Below are positions 24,121 to 38,420 of a stretch of 64,000 nt of DNA, piece after piece (the first letter of the stretch is position 1; each line of letters starts with the position of its first letter). This DNA comes from Vicugna vicugna. Its lineage: Eukaryota. Location of the stretch: assembly GCA_013265495.1 (NCBI GenBank), contig MU058824.1, positions 2,445,111-2,509,110 on the forward strand. Reading direction: 5' to 3'. Made by a program: the position numbers and the translations under genes. The notes beneath the pieces were generated by a model, which did no database searches, was not told the origin of the DNA, and was given only the letters and a program-made list of their open reading frames with translations.

Positions 24121-26429
24121 CTAGGAGAAAGACAGGGAGTTCGAAGAGCAGTGAGGGTCAAATGAACCTTTCTTTGATCTGCTATAATGGAAAAATACTT
24201 AGTCAATCCCAAAGTACTTTAAACACACCAGGTTAGACTTGCCTAACTGAAAAACACATGCCGAACAATCTTAAAACAGTTTTGCTTACAGTATTTCTAT
24301 TCTGAACAGGGTTACCCTGCAAACCTTCACCTGTAGACACAAACGGCATTTGAGGTTGAATGCTGTGTTACAAAAGGCAGTTATCATAATGACTGCCTGC
24401 TTCCACGGACTGACAATGGAGAAGGAAATATCAGTATCAATAACATTTCTGTTATTTACAGATTTCCCCCCGATGAACCAAATAATAAGAAAAAAAAAGG
24501 AAGAAGAAAAAGAATTAACACACTTACAGTATACTAATTTTTCAAAAGTACATAAAACATCATGGTAAAAGAAGTGGATTTAAAGTCTGGAGACTCAGTT
24601 ACTACTTCCAGCTCTTCCTCTATCAAGTAGTGTGATCTTGGGCAAACCAGCTGATCTCTCAGGCCTCAGTTTACACATTATAAAATAAAGTGGTTGGACG
24701 AGACGAATTTTAAGTCCCATGCATTTCTAAATCCCCATGACTTTTAAACTTGAGAATTCTGAATTAGGTTTTAAAACATCACTGAGACAAGAATATGTAT
24801 TTTCAAGAAATACTATTAAGCTAACATAAATTAAGTCCACAAATACTAGATTAAACTATAAATTATGCCCTATAGTGAAGGTTGAGGAGTTTCACATATA
24901 ATTTAAATGACCTATCAATATAGTGAATGGGCTAAGTTCTTTGATTAACAAGAATTTCCCACAAGAGAAGCCTAGGATAGCCTCCAGGTTGCTGTCTCAG
25001 TGACTGTGACAGCCAAGCCCTCTAGCCCGAGAGAGAACTTGATGAAATGAAGTGGCTGTGGGGCCCCTGGCACAGAGCGAGCACCGGTGACTGTCAGCCA
25101 CGGTGCTGGCGCCCAGGGGGTGAGGGTGCTGCGCACGCTTTCCTCCCGGAGACTCCCTCACTGGGTAGTTTGATTGTCATGTTTAATAAAATGTGTTGTT
25201 AGCAAAACCTAAACATTTAAAAAGTGAAAATGAAAAATGTAACCATTAATTCTTAAGAAGCCATTTTGAGGTTTGAGTTCAAAGCAGATCAATGGCTGCC
25301 ATGTCATGTGCAAAATGCCATTTTGGCTTCATATCTGTCTACCATGGGAGTTCCCTTTGAATTCTAGTAGGAGACACAAAGGAACTGGCAAATACTTCAA
25401 AATAAGACTCTATATACGTATCTTCAATAAAAGTTGCTAATAAGAAGAATTTATATACACAATTTCTTTCATTTCTGAGATCAAATAACTTTTGCCACTG
25501 CTAAGTGTATGGGGTGAGGAGTCAGGGGGGCACCGTGGGGTCACAACCCCCATATCCCAGCATAGCGGGCCACCTCAGCCCTCTTGGCGTCCACACCCTC
25601 TGCTAATGCCCACAGGCCTGGGTGGAGTTTCACCTAAGTGCTTGAGCTACCTACCGGTAGAGTGCACACAGGAGCTCCAAGATTTGCACTGCTTTCTCAG
25701 AAGATAAAACAGAAATCTCATCAGACTCTACACCTATTAACTCAGCTCCTCAAATTTTAGGACAGTCACTAGGCTAGTGGGAGTGTGATGAAATCACACA
25801 TTTGTGTGCCATTCATTGTGATGCAACTGGAAACTCACTTGGCCATGAAAATGGCCATAGTCAATGACCCAGGCATGTTTTATAACTGTAAAAATCCATT
25901 ATGTAGATGCATTATAATTTATGCAATAAATAATAAAATATTAATCGTGCAATGTTCTTCTCCTCTTGGTTATTTAGGTTGTTTCATTGTTTCCGTTTGT
26001 TTGTTTGGGCTAGTATATAGAGTCGTGGGGTTTTTTTCTTTGTGCTACAATAAAAATGTAAACAACCTAAATGTTCAACAATAGGAAAATACTGATTACA
26101 GAATATTTTGCAGCTATTAAAAACCATAACCAAGACCATCAAACAACCACCCAAAATGTAACTGGGAAAATAAAAAACGCTAAATGAAGAAAGCAGAATG
26201 CAATATTGTTCCTGTATAAGAGTACAGCTTTAGAAATATACTCATAGTGGAAACCAGATACAGAAAGGAATATGGAAAAACAGAAACAGCAGATACAGTG
26301 GGAGGACATGACCTTCATAGATCATTAAACATAATCAGTGGGCCAACGATTCTGTCCTCCCAAAGTACTCAGGACAAAATGACAGTATAAACTATGTTGT
26401 GGCATGAATTCAAATTCCCCAGAAATTAC

Positions 26430-26590
26430 CTGCCAGTTGAGCTGTGACCGCTTGGAACGGCAGCTTTCGGAACATGTCCACCAGGGGCTGCACTTTTCGT
26501 ATGTTGACTAATTCGTGCTTGCCATAGTCCAGCTCATACACGGACACCAGTCCATTGGTCAGGATTCCTTTTAAAAGCACCCTGTGCCAC
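26430..26590 (-). CDS. TDRD7: TDRD7 exon 16 (161 nt), Tudor 3
   Basis: ctag|G TGG...GCA G|GTAATT. Encodes [53 protein letters not shown]. Confidence 0.97.
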
Positions 26591-28439
26591 CTAGATGTGC
26601 ATTGTGTTAAAAAAAGAAGAAAAAAATGCAAAGAAAAAAATGCACAAAGTCAACACAACTGTTTTAAGGGTAACATTTTATGCTAAAAAGAAAAACTTAT
26701 ATGAATGTTGTTTATCAAAATATAAAACTGTCCTGTTGTAGAAGTTTGTAAAGAGACAGCTGCTTCTTTTTCCAAAAGTCACTATTCTCTGCTTTGCCAC
26801 TGGCTCATTTGATGGAATTTGTTCACTCAACATCCTTTTATAGGCCTCATGCTAGTAAAGGAGAATGACACACCACCTACTGGCCACCATTAAGCAGGAG
26901 GAAACCAGTGCCAGGGAGGGTGATCAGGACAAGGCTAGTGTATCCCTTCACCACAATGGGGAGATAGGAGACAGCCACACGTTTGGGACAAGGTCCATGT
27001 GTGGAAGGCAGAGAGAGGCCAGTGGGACCAGGGCAGGCTGAGGACAGGTGTGAGAAGAAAGGCATGGGAGGCTCTGCAGGGCCTGGTGGTTCGGAGCCAG
27101 GCAGCCTCCACGCAGCTGGAAGGCAGAATGTGGAGGGGGAAGGAAGGGAAGTCGGGCTAGGAAGGCAGGCCGGGAAGAGATCACGAAAGTTCTGAACACA
27201 AACTGATTATTTTAATTATGCCAAGTAAGGAGAGTAAAAAAACAAAACAGAACAAAACACAAAGTAATCCACCACGTAAAATAAAGAACCTAGGGGTAGG
27301 AGAGTACAAGGGAAAGAGAAGAGAATGGTTTTGGATCTGGAGTTCAAGGTGCGAGAAGGAAATTCACATGAATATACTTTCCCGCTCTGGGCCTACATCA
27401 TCACCATTAAGATGAGAAAAGCCTAGACTTCAAAGCTCAGGTATGAAGGACCACTTTAAACATATAGTTTTGATTACACAATTTAAGAGTATTATTACAC
27501 TAAGGAAAGGAAGACTGTTCATAATGTCTATAAGGAAAATGTCCCTGCTCCTGAGTGGTGTGACTTGGCCCCTGCCTTGGGCAGCACACCCAGCCACTCT
27601 CTGAAGCAGGCCCTTCACTGTAACACACGCTGGGTGGGGCGGGCCAGACTGGACCGGTTCTCCAGCTAGCGCGCACTGGTGGGAAACCGGTATAGGAAAC
27701 CCACACGACAGCTGCTACAGGGGGAACCACAGTAAGAAAGCTACAAAAAGGCCAACTTCAAACACTGTGTATAATTGAGGGGATCCGAGAGGGAGGCCAG
27801 AAACCTTCAGATAAACCCAAAGTGCATGCAGCAAGCAATAATCCATGAATCACAGAGACAACGGGGACACAAAAGCTCTCAACGTAAGTACACGAGCTTT
27901 GGGGGCCACATAGACTTGAGCTGGAGCCCCAACTGGGCCATTTTCCAGTTGAGTCACTCTGGGCTCTTTATTTAACCTCTCGGAGCCTCAGTTATCTCAC
28001 GTGTAACATTTAGTTTCAATTTACTTGCAGAAATAGCATAAATAAAGTGTTTAGATTGACATATAACAGGCACTTTGCACATGGTAGCCAGTATCATTAT
28101 CATCTTAAGTATTATTAAAACAAAGATAAGCTGTGCAAATAAGAACCTCGGATCAAATTGAAGAGAAATTTCCGAATGTGGAAATGCCAGTTTGGTGCAG
28201 ATTGCTAATTTGTGTAAGTGCAAAAGTATATAAAAGCATTTGGTCTACACCGATATCACTGTCTTTAAATTGTACAAGACAAATGATTGGCGGAGGTCTG
28301 TGCTTTTAGGCTGTAAATAAGAGGTACAAACAGTGAGGAGAGAACTATCAGAAAAACTGATGGAGAAAATCTATTTAGCTTTCAACTTTTAAAACTAATA
28401 GCTTAAATAAAGGCCTCAGTTTTAACTCCATTACCAATT

Positions 28440-28595
28440 TTAGTGCAAGGCTCATGTGAATCACCTGGAGAGTTTCCTTAAAACACAGATTCTGGGGTTC
28501 CACTGCCAGAGATTCTGACTCAGGACGCCTGGGGTGAGGAAGGAGAATCTGAGGTTGCCCAGGTTATCTTAAATTGAGATAGATTTGGAAACCAC
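28440..28595. mobile_element. MER5A-like fragment
   Basis: gaatcacctggagag...aaaacacagattctgggg..ccagagattctgactcagga..cctggggtgagg. Confidence 0.65.
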
Positions 28596-29282
28596 ATAAT
28601 CAAAAGTGTACCTGAAATTCCTAAGTGTTAACTTACCAGAGCTGGGAACAAGGTTTAGTAAACAGTCCTGGGTTGTAAGCAAGACAGAAACTCTAAACAG
28701 TTATTCAGTTCATAAATTTTTCAAAAATATCAGATAATCTGTCCCTATATGTAAGACACCTCGTGATTATCTGGGACAAATTAACTGGTTAAAGCCCAAG
28801 AGTCCTGAGGCAGAGCTGTTCAACCCACAGGGGAGTAGGGATGAAGTCTAAGTTCTCCAGTGTGGGGGTTCTAGTCACACAACCCTCGCCTCCAAGTAGG
28901 ACCCCCCCACCACTAATCACCATTAATCTGCTCCTCAGATAGTAGTGAGCATTAGCTTGGTTTTGACTGTGATTAAACTATCCAATGGCAAAGAGTTCTA
29001 GTGAGGCAGATTTATACAAATGATGTTCCAGTATTGAACCCATTTATGCTTACAGCTGTAAATAACATGACATAGTAAAAATATTTTTTTAAGATGAAAA
29101 TCTTGGGACATATAAGTTGAGTGCTTTTTAGAATGAGAGCTACTCTACTTTTCATTTTTAAGAGTTGAAAATTAGGGTTTTTTTTTCCCCTATAAAAATG
29201 ACATTTTATAAATGACTATGCTTGCTATCTTAAGAATGAATGAAGGTATTTTATAGAAAAAATAAGCAGTTGGCCTTTTAAA

Positions 29283-29285
<3 letters not shown>

Positions 29286-29313
<28 letters not shown>
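29286..29313. repeat. (TG)14 microsatellite
   Basis: Read directly. Confidence 0.95.
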
Positions 29314-29314
<1 letters not shown>

Positions 29315-30389
29315 TGGGACAGGGAGGGTGGGGGAGAGACAGTTCTTTGTGTTCAGCACCATCAGATGAGCTTGCTCATTTCCCCTATGAAAGCTGGCCA
29401 AGGGGATGGGGTGGGGCAGCTGTGCCACTGTCAGGGCTACCGTGGAGTGAGCGCAGTGTGTGGGATGGGACCAGCACATACTGCGGGCTTCAGGAAAGGA
29501 GGGTGTGGTTCAAAATGCACAAACATGAGAAAACAGATTGAAAGTGCTGCACAAAGGTAAGGAATTATGAGTCTCAATGTCCAAAGGCCAAGGAGCAGTG
29601 AAATACGTGTGGCTGCCCCTTATAAAGGGTGGTACAAGCTCTCCAGGAAGCAACTGACAGCATACATCAAAAATCCTGTAATCCTTAAACAAGTGATTTC
29701 TCTTCTAGAAATGTATACCATAGATAAAATATCAGAGATCTGAATAAAGATTTAGGTTCAACATTATTTATGACAGTGAAAAATCTGGGAGAAAAAACCT
29801 ACCAAAAATGGCAAGTAAACTATGATTTCTCCATATGATGGACTATTTAGCCATTAAAAATGTTTATAAAGAAATCTTATCACGTGGAAAAGTGTTCACA
29901 GAATTATGTTAAGTGAGAAGAGTCAGTATGAAATTATATATAGTAATATATCAACTGTATAAATATATATAGGAAATAACCTAGAAGAAATACATTAAGT
30001 AGTTCAACAAGGGTTATGTTGGCTGGCTGATTTTTTTTTTTTTTGCATTTTCTCAATTTTCTCTAATAAACATTTTATTTTAAATTTAAAGAGTCATTAA
30101 ATAAAAAACATTTTCTGAATAGAAAAGTATTTTTCTAACAGCAAACTAGAAAACACATTGAAAACTTCACTTTAGATATAATTAGTTTTAACAGGAAAAT
30201 GGTCACTAGATTTTTAGATAAATGATGACATTTTAACTAACAGAAAATTGCACAAGTCATTAGTCTCGCTTCACATTCAAAATTCCCACTTGTGCAGTTC
30301 AACGTCCCCCTGCAGGGATTAAGGGCTCTTGGTATCATTCTACACACTTTTCTTAGGAGGAGAGTAAAATGCTTTGTCCAAGGACCTAC

Positions 30390-30892
30390 TTATTTTCCAC
30401 TTTTGCAGCATACACTTGGTCTTTTTCCACTGCTATGTGGCGCTCCTCAGACACACTGTAATACAGAATCATCTCTTCCATCAGAACTTCCAGCTTATGT
30501 ATCTCTTGCCATGGCTGGATGACAAAGTAGCCCGGGTGACAGGCCACAGGCACGTACACATCCATGTGTTCCCCTGGCTTTGACAAGTGAAGAGGAGGTG
30601 GCAGTTCCTCCACGGAGAAAGAGCTGGTGTGGTCTACCACGGACTTTTTGAGGACATCCGTGAGGCTCTTTCTCAAATTCTCTCCAGTGTTGCCCAAAAT
30701 GGGGGTGTTAGCAATTTTGCTGTTGGGGGAGCCAGCTCCACTAGATACAGCACTCAAAAACACATCTTTCTGATGCTTCCACAAGTCTGCATTTGTAATC
30801 TGGCGATTGATACTGCGATGAGGATCAGGGAAGTTCTTGGGGGTAAATAAATAGATATGTGCGATCCCTCTGGTTTCATCCACTTTTGTAAC
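30390..30892 (-). CDS. TDRD7: TDRD7 exon 15 (503 nt)
   Basis: ccaaag|GTT...AAT AA|GTAGGT. Encodes VTKVDETRGIAH...QVYAAKVEN(K). Confidence 0.97.
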
Positions 30893-32093
30893 CTTTGGAA
30901 AACACAAAAGACCAATTTAAGAAATCCAATTTCACACTGGATTCTGAGAGGTGGTTATAATATTAACATTAAATATCAAAAACCTGTATTTTGAAAAAAA
31001 AAAACACCCAACTTGCTAAAACCAGTCTATTTAAGGTCAGGGGAATTACCTATCACAGCTGTAGCAGTGAATAAGCGCTTAGGTCAAAGTAGTCTAGAAA
31101 CCAGTAGCAAGCTTACAGAAATGAAAAAGTTACTAACCTCTAAAACTCTGACAATACCTTATGACTGCTAAAAGGAAGTGATTCTATATACCATAATTAA
31201 AATTTAAAAAAGTTAATGACATGTTAAAACACTCTGAGTATAAAGAACAGCATGATGAATCCCCATGTGCTCATCACCCAACTTCAACAATAAAAAGTAA
31301 TCATAGCACCCCGCTTAATGCTGGTGGTGCACCCTCAGACTGCGAAGGGGAGAAAAAGCTCTGACTTCCACCATTCCCTTCGGGACCTCTGGTCCAAATT
31401 CCTTCTTTGGTCCTAATATCTGCTCTCACCCCTCGCCCTCTCCCTCAGTTACACGTGAGGAGAGGGACCTTGGAGAAAGAGAGGAAGAAAGCTCTACTAA
31501 ATAGGCCAAAATTACAGTTACAGTTTTGCACCTTTTGCCTGGGAGACCTCTGACTACCTCACTACCCCTTTCTGCTGGGCAGGGAGTGTCCGTGTGGTAG
31601 CACCACACACCGACAATGGGGACTGTGCTGCGGTGTGGCCCAAAGGGCTGGGTGACTGTTAATTCTTTTCATCAGCTCCTCTGTCTTATCTCAGGAGTAA
31701 CAAAAATGAGACACTTCTAGCCACAACTACCTTTAATCAAATTGGGCTAGAAATGAAAAGCAGGGACATGTGCATTTATCAAGAGATACATGATCCTCTG
31801 CTGGGGACTTAATTCCTTATCACGAAGGAAAATAGGAGCAGAGAACTGTTACCTCATTGATAATTAAAAAATTACATAAAAGGTTTAAAAGAAGTACTGG
31901 AGATAGAGGATAAACTCTTAAATACAAATTAAACCATGAAACATCGCATAGCTACACATGCAACCGATCTCCTGATTGTAAGTATGTCAGATATGAAAGC
32001 ATCAGTTTATCGTATGACAAACCTCTTCCACAAAACCCAGATGAGTCATTCTGGCTGATGGCTCCCTTTTTCAAGACCAATAAGGTAACTAAC

Positions 32094-32204
32094 CTTAATG
32101 CTACAGTCCGAGCAATTCAAAACAGAATCTCTTAGCCAAAGCACAGCATCTGGTGTCCACATGCCAATAGATTGTGGAAGATCTGCTAAACAGCACTTTA
32201 TAGC
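32094..32204 (-). CDS. TDRD7: TDRD7 exon 14 (111 nt)
   Basis: tttcag|GCT...AAG|GTTAGT. Encodes [37 protein letters not shown], a different frame from the listed ORF. Confidence 0.96.
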
Positions 32205-34470
32205 CTGAAAAGAAAACACAATGGAAAAGCAAACACACCATCTTAAAATAGGTACTTATGAGTAATGTCAATATGACGTTCCTACAAGTCGAATGTTGCC
32301 AAGATTGAAAGCAAGCAACAGCAATAGCTAATAATGACAATCTCAGCTCTCGGGCTGGAGCATCTGCTATGTTCCTGACTCTATTTATATTACTACCACT
32401 GTCTTTACTCCTAGCATGAGCCAGGGTTACACCAGGCACTTCACGTACTTCTCACCCTGCAGGGCAGTGTGACAGGCCAGCGCTGTAATCTCATTTTACA
32501 GAATGGAAACAGACTCAGAGATACTAACTTGTGTGAGATCACAAAGTCGTTAAGACAGAATTGGAACCTGTATCTAGGTCTTCCCTCTAAGCTCAACTGA
32601 AAAAATGAAGTGTCATTTGGATGAAATCTGACTCTTGTTGCAAAAATCTTTGTGGAGGCTTCCTGCTTCATTCAGCATTTCCTGAGTACCTTGTGGGTGT
32701 CAGGCATTTGTGCTCACCTTTTGAAGGGGGTTGTAAAGAGAATGGAGGGTAAGAAAAGCTGAAATCCATTGATACCTAAAAGCCTCATTTTCCCTGATGC
32801 TTTTCTCCTCCCCTCATCACTGCACAGGCTTCTGCAGAATGGCTACAGCAGGCAGTAAAAGGTGACTTCAGGGACTCCCTTTCATCTCAGGGAAGCCTTT
32901 GAATTGATGGAGGCAATTTTGTGAAAGGGACAAAACTTACTTCCAGGATTCCTGGATGCCTTCTTTCTTCTGAGCCCCATCTTCCCTGTCATACACACTC
33001 TCTTCACCCTGGGGCTTCAAGTCTCCCACTGTGCCCCTGGGTGAGGCACCTTTCTGGGTGGGGAGGAGGCCACTTAGAGCAGAGAAAGCAGACTCTAATA
33101 CTGCAGGCACCAGGCAGGAAATGACGGAGTGAGGAGGGCCAGCTGGGGCCTGCGTACTGGACAGCACGCCCTGCAGAGGAAGATGCCACTTCCCAAGCTC
33201 CCACAAAGGGCTGTCCCATAAAGGAGATTATGCAACAAAATCAGATTTTCTAGTCTGTCAAGAGAAGCTAGAAGTGGGCAACCAATTCACACTTCAAAAC
33301 ACTACATGAACCAAGAGCCTACACCCACTATTCATGGGTCAGCGTCGGCCGACAGGCCATCAGTTTGCTATTCTGAACCTCCTGGGGAGATGCTGTTAGC
33401 CAGAGGCTTGGCTTAGCTGGCTTTAAAGGTTCCCCCAACTTAACATCTATCAAATAATAAATCTAGATTAACAGAAAAAATTATAGTGGCTTTTACTACA
33501 CTTGTGGAACTTTCAAACAGTCAGAACCAGTGGGATGGATCTCCCTTCCCCTCCAGCCCAGGGAACCTTTTCTAGGTAAGGCAGGCCCTGGATGGATGTT
33601 CCAACGAGGGGTGCAGATGCCAGAGGTGTTATCAGTGAAAGTAGCGCTTAAAGGTCTAACAATTTTCAGTATTATAGCAGAGCAACTATAAAGGTAAATG
33701 TGCTTTTGAAAACTGACTTGAACTCAAGTTAAACAGCTTCTCTGTAATAGAGCAGTCACTGCAACACTGACTACAGTGAGAGAAATTTAAAAAGCCATGC
33801 TAATTATGGTCAAGTGCTTTTTATTCACTGAGTTTTGACACATAAGATATCTTCTGGTAAATATAGGTCAAGAGGTCTTTTGAAATTATAGAATATTGAA
33901 TAATTTTATTTTCAAAGCATGATGGATTTCTGTATAAAATCCTCTACTCCTAAAGTAGGAAATAGTTCTTAATAATTTTAATTAATTCAAAATAATTCAA
34001 ACTTCTTATCATCTGAATTTTAATCAATAAAGGAAGGACAGACTGAAGTTAATCTTTTCACTAAAATCTATGGGGAAAAGGTCACATAAGAAAACGATTA
34101 AATATAAACATATTTACGAAGAGAATGGTTACCTAATTAAACTAAGAACTCTGGAAGTAAATATTTACATATAATATCCTGAAATTATTTAAAAGTCAGC
34201 ACTGGCATCTAATTATTAAAATGGAACCTCTACCTGGACAACATAGCCTAATAACTTCAACATACTTGAAAGCAAACATTTATCAAACAATATTCTGTAA
34301 GTCTCTCTGGTCTTCTTGTCTAAGCAAAATTTTATGTCTGAAAACCAGTGAGCCACCACATTTGGATCATTTCCAATTTTGTTACAAACTCAGTCATTAT
34401 CAAAAACTGAGAGGGCATCGCACAATGTGATCTCTTCCAGCCAATCTCCCAGGCTTGTAACATACAGTAC

Positions 34471-34605
34471 CTGAGGTGGTATTGCAATCATTTCTTGTAG
34501 AAATCGAGGGGGAATTTCCCTGAGCTCAGACACTTTTACAGATGTTACAGTGCCAGAGTCCAGGAACTGAACATCGAGGGCCCGGCTGCTGTGAACGTTT
34601 GTGAT
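34471..34605 (-). CDS. TDRD7: TDRD7 exon 13 (135 nt), Tudor 2
   Basis: ttgcag|ATC...CAG|GTACTG. Encodes ITNVHSSRALDVQFLDSGTVTSVKVSELREIPPRFLQEMIAIPPQ. Confidence 0.97.
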
Positions 34606-35274
34606 CTGCAATGAGACAAGGGTAGGCTAATTCACTAGCATGTCCGAAAGACCAAAATGCTCCTGTGCAATTACATCTTGTACAACTCTAAACTGCACAT
34701 AGAAAATAACAAAGACTGTCAGCGCTGATTAAATTCTCTCTTATTTTAAAATGTTCTTATTTACCCACTAGGTATTCTTTTACAGTAGAATTGATTTCAA
34801 CACCTTGCTGTTAATTCATAAATATAGTAATAATTACTATGCTTTTAATTCTAGAATATCACTGATTATAAAACAATTTGATACATTATTATATACTGCT
34901 AATTATAAGATGCAGTCTGTTCTCCAAAATAACAGAATATGAGAAAAAAAATTGTGTCTTATCAATGGGGAAATAAATAAAAGAGAATTCAGGGACAGAA
35001 TTTTACTTGTAGTAGGTAAACACTATATATTTTTAAAACATAACCTATTTTTGTATTTTATAGCTTAATCAGAAAGCCCAGCGATACTCTGTATCATTTT
35101 CCTAACTAAAAAATTAAAACTCAGAAAGTCATAATTAAAAAATGGAAAAATTATACATTGAATCAAAGCACTAACTACCTAGCTGTGACCAAACGGCAAC
35201 ATCACAATGTAAGATTCTGGGTGCACCTTTAAATGCCCACAATTGCCCCTAATAGGCCAAGTGACTGACTTTAC

Positions 35275-35361
35275 CTCTACTCGTAACCATTTTCCTTTGC
35301 AATGGAAGAGGCAGATCTTCCCACAGAACGGTAATGAAACGAAGTACTCGGAGGTCATGTG
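35275..35361 (-). CDS. TDRD7: TDRD7 exon 12 (87 nt)
   Basis: ttgcag|CAC...GAG|GTAAAG. Encodes [29 protein letters not shown]. Confidence 0.97.
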
Positions 35362-37090
35362 CTGCAAAACAAACGCATGACACTTTTATTACTCTCAGCA
35401 AAGAGCACGCTGCTACGCTATGGGGAAAACCTTGCTGGGGCGCAGGCCGACTGTCTGACCCGTATGTAACCAGACTCCCGAGAGGCGTGTGCTGCAGTGG
35501 ACACAGCGTGTGTACAGGGCCTGCAGGGCTCCTGCCTTGTTTCTCACACGTTTGTTGGTGGCAGACATCTATTCTCCTTCCTGGCACATGGCTCATATGT
35601 CAGCCCTGTTAAAATGTCTAAAAATGTTAGCATAGAGGTATGATTCATCCAGGCTCTGGTGCCATCAGTTAAATAGGAAGAGGGAGGACAAAAAGGAGGA
35701 CTGCCTGGAGGAAAGGGAGGAGGTTGGGTCAGCTGGTTGTAAGTCCTCCTCTTTTCATCTTTTAACATTCAGATTCAAAGATAAGATTTTAATTTCAAAA
35801 CAAATGTTATCAACACAAATATGGATATCAGTGCCAGCAAAATGGCTTCATCTTCCTCCTGTGCTGTAGCTTGAAGCTGGGATGTCACAGGGTGAATGTT
35901 CCTGCTCTCCCCAAAGGCAGCATCTCCACTTGGGTTACCAGGGCACTGGGAACTATCAAGAGTGCTTTCCACCACTACAGAGTATAAGCACATGCCTGCA
36001 AATGAGTAACTAGAGTCAGCCTCTCTAGTGTCTTAGATTTCTTCAAGATAGATTAGCGAATCAAACTTGAGTAATGATCTTGAGATACGTCTAAGATATC
36101 TGTAACATAGAAAGAGATAAAGCTACAGAACTGATGCTTCAATTGCAGGCTGTATGTAGTCTGAACATAAATTTAATCCAATTCAGCACATATTCTGGAA
36201 TATCTATTTTATGTAAGACACTAGATAAGGTTCTACAGTACCTGAATGAATTAGGTACTAACCAGAACCTGGTGAGGCTCAGTCTCTGCCTCTAAGAAGC
36301 CAACACTCTAGCACAGCAAACGAACATCCAAATAGCTAAACATAGTGCTGCCTACAAGTGCCATGAGGGGCTTGGGGTGCCCTGTAGGCTAGAGGGAAGG
36401 GTTCACTTCCAGGGTGAGGGGGTCAGGGTCGAAGTGGCATTAGAGTTCTGCCACTTGGAAACCACAGCATATTATGGATTATGACTATAATGTCCTATTG
36501 GAGGTAAGGAGATCCCTTTAGGGCCTTAAAACAAAACCTCTAGAGATCCTGATTCAGAGCAGAATACTAGAATTAAAGAGTAAAGAGGTTATTAATACAT
36601 ATATAAACTGCAGAACCACACTGACCAAGGTGCAGCTTCTCTCAGAGACCACAAAGAACTTGGGGAGGGATGCCTTCGAAGTTTCATTCTCCTGCTAAAC
36701 TCCATGGTCCCGTCCTTGCCCGGGCAGGGGAGCCAGCAGGCTCTGCAGACAGTGTCACAGGCAGCTGCACTGCAGGATCATCAGCTGCGCCCTGTAAACG
36801 GCCAACCTACCAGATGGGAGCACCTCCTATGTGCCAGGCACTGCGCTAAGCAGCCTGTGACTAGTCCTCATGACAACCCTGCGGGTGCTCACTATTACTA
36901 ACCTCATTTTACCATGCAGAAACCAGTGGAGCTTTGTTTTTGTTAAGTTCTGAAGTCTGGGGCTCTTACCCTCTATTTTAGAGTTTCTACCTTAAACTAT
37001 TCAAAAGTTACTCACACATATACAACTCAGTGACCCCTCTTGTTCACAGTGTTAGGACTCGTTGCAGAGGTGGGTGCTGCTCGGCCATAC

Positions 37091-37225
37091 CTTACAATGG
37101 AAGTAGTCCTCTATCTTGTGCAGAAGGTCGCTGAGCTTGTTCAGACCCTTACAAGGCACCTGGCAGTAGAGCGTGCCGTCGGAGCAAATGTTAGTCACTC
37201 TGACATTTGTGTACATGGCATCAAC
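37091..37225 (-). CDS. TDRD7: TDRD7 exon 11 (135 nt)
   Basis: ttccag|GTT...AAG|GTATGG. Encodes [45 protein letters not shown]. Confidence 0.97.
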
Positions 37226-38217
37226 CTGGAACAAAGGACACACTAAGGATGCTTAAGAACAAAGTGCAGCTCTTCCCTACCTCAGGGGTATCTACCTAAA
37301 GAGCTCATAGAAAGTCCTTGCATTTTACAATCTTCTGAGCAAGTTAGAGGATAGACAGGACAGAATGAAATTCATAACATAAATGTGAATAACTCATTTG
37401 GATGCTGCTCCTTCCAAAAGGAGTATCTGGTGTCCTTTGTGTCAGACACAAGGTAGACACTCTGTATATATTACATTACTACCACTTTAGGCTAAAAATA
37501 TCTTTAACTCTGGTTTGTCTTCTCCCCATTAATTTAGGAAAAGAATTATTATATAAAACATTTTTCTAACATTAACAGAAATGAAAATTAAAAACTCACA
37601 AAATCAATCCCATTATCAGCCTGCTTTCTAATCTGTGTCTACAGGATCCATGAATTTTAGTAACTTTTAAAAATTATAATCACAGTAATGGTTTAATTTT
37701 AGCCATTTTAAGTCAAATCATAATACAAAGATGATTCACTGTTCTACTTATTAAAACAAATATTTTCCCAATGTTGCTACAGTCTTTCAAATGATCATTT
37801 TTAACATTTTGCCCTATTCTCTAGAGTGGCTGCTTTATAATTTATTTAAAGGTTTCCTTCCTTGCAGACATCTACGTTCCTCACATTTTAAAAATGGTAA
37901 AGCTAGTAATTTACTGAACATCTTCACTGATCTAAATTTTCCCTACTTTTGAATTATTTTTGAATGATTCCCTATTATCTTTGCAAAATAATTTCATGTA
38001 AAATTAACATATGATCACTGTAGAAACTGAAAAATAAGACAAAAATCCAATTCCTAATAACTACTCTTTATGTTTTGGCCTTTCCCTCTCTTTTTTTCCT
38101 CAGTACATATGTAATGTGTCTCTCTCTAATGTTAGCCTAAAATGTACAGCACGCTCTTCTGATGAATTTCTTTCCTATGATGCGTGTGAATAAATGACAA
38201 CAGGGTCCCAGGAGTAC

Positions 38218-38420
38218 CTGAAGGTGAACCTCCAGTGACTTGTCACATATGGCCTTTAAGCAGGTGGCATTGATGTTGATGTCATCTTCTCCTGAGGTAT
38301 CATACAGAACGACGAGGGGAATATCCGCTTTTTCAAGTATTTCCACTGCGAAGATCTTCCCGCAAGTTAAAGACTCAACCACCTTCACTAGATCAGGATC
38401 ATCACTTAGAACTTCCAACC
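38218..38420 (-). CDS. TDRD7: TDRD7 exon 10 (203 nt)
   Basis: tctcag|GG TTG...CAG|GTACTC. Encodes (G)[67 protein letters not shown]. Confidence 0.97.

Noticed and set aside
440..26430. In-frame TDRD7-TMOD1 fusion protein via splicing of TDRD7 exon 16 (phase 1) to TMOD1 exon 2 (35-nt UTR; 1+35 is divisible by 3)
   Set aside because: The junction reads GGT CGT ACG TAG, so an in-frame stop precedes the TMOD1 ATG and no fusion protein could be made.
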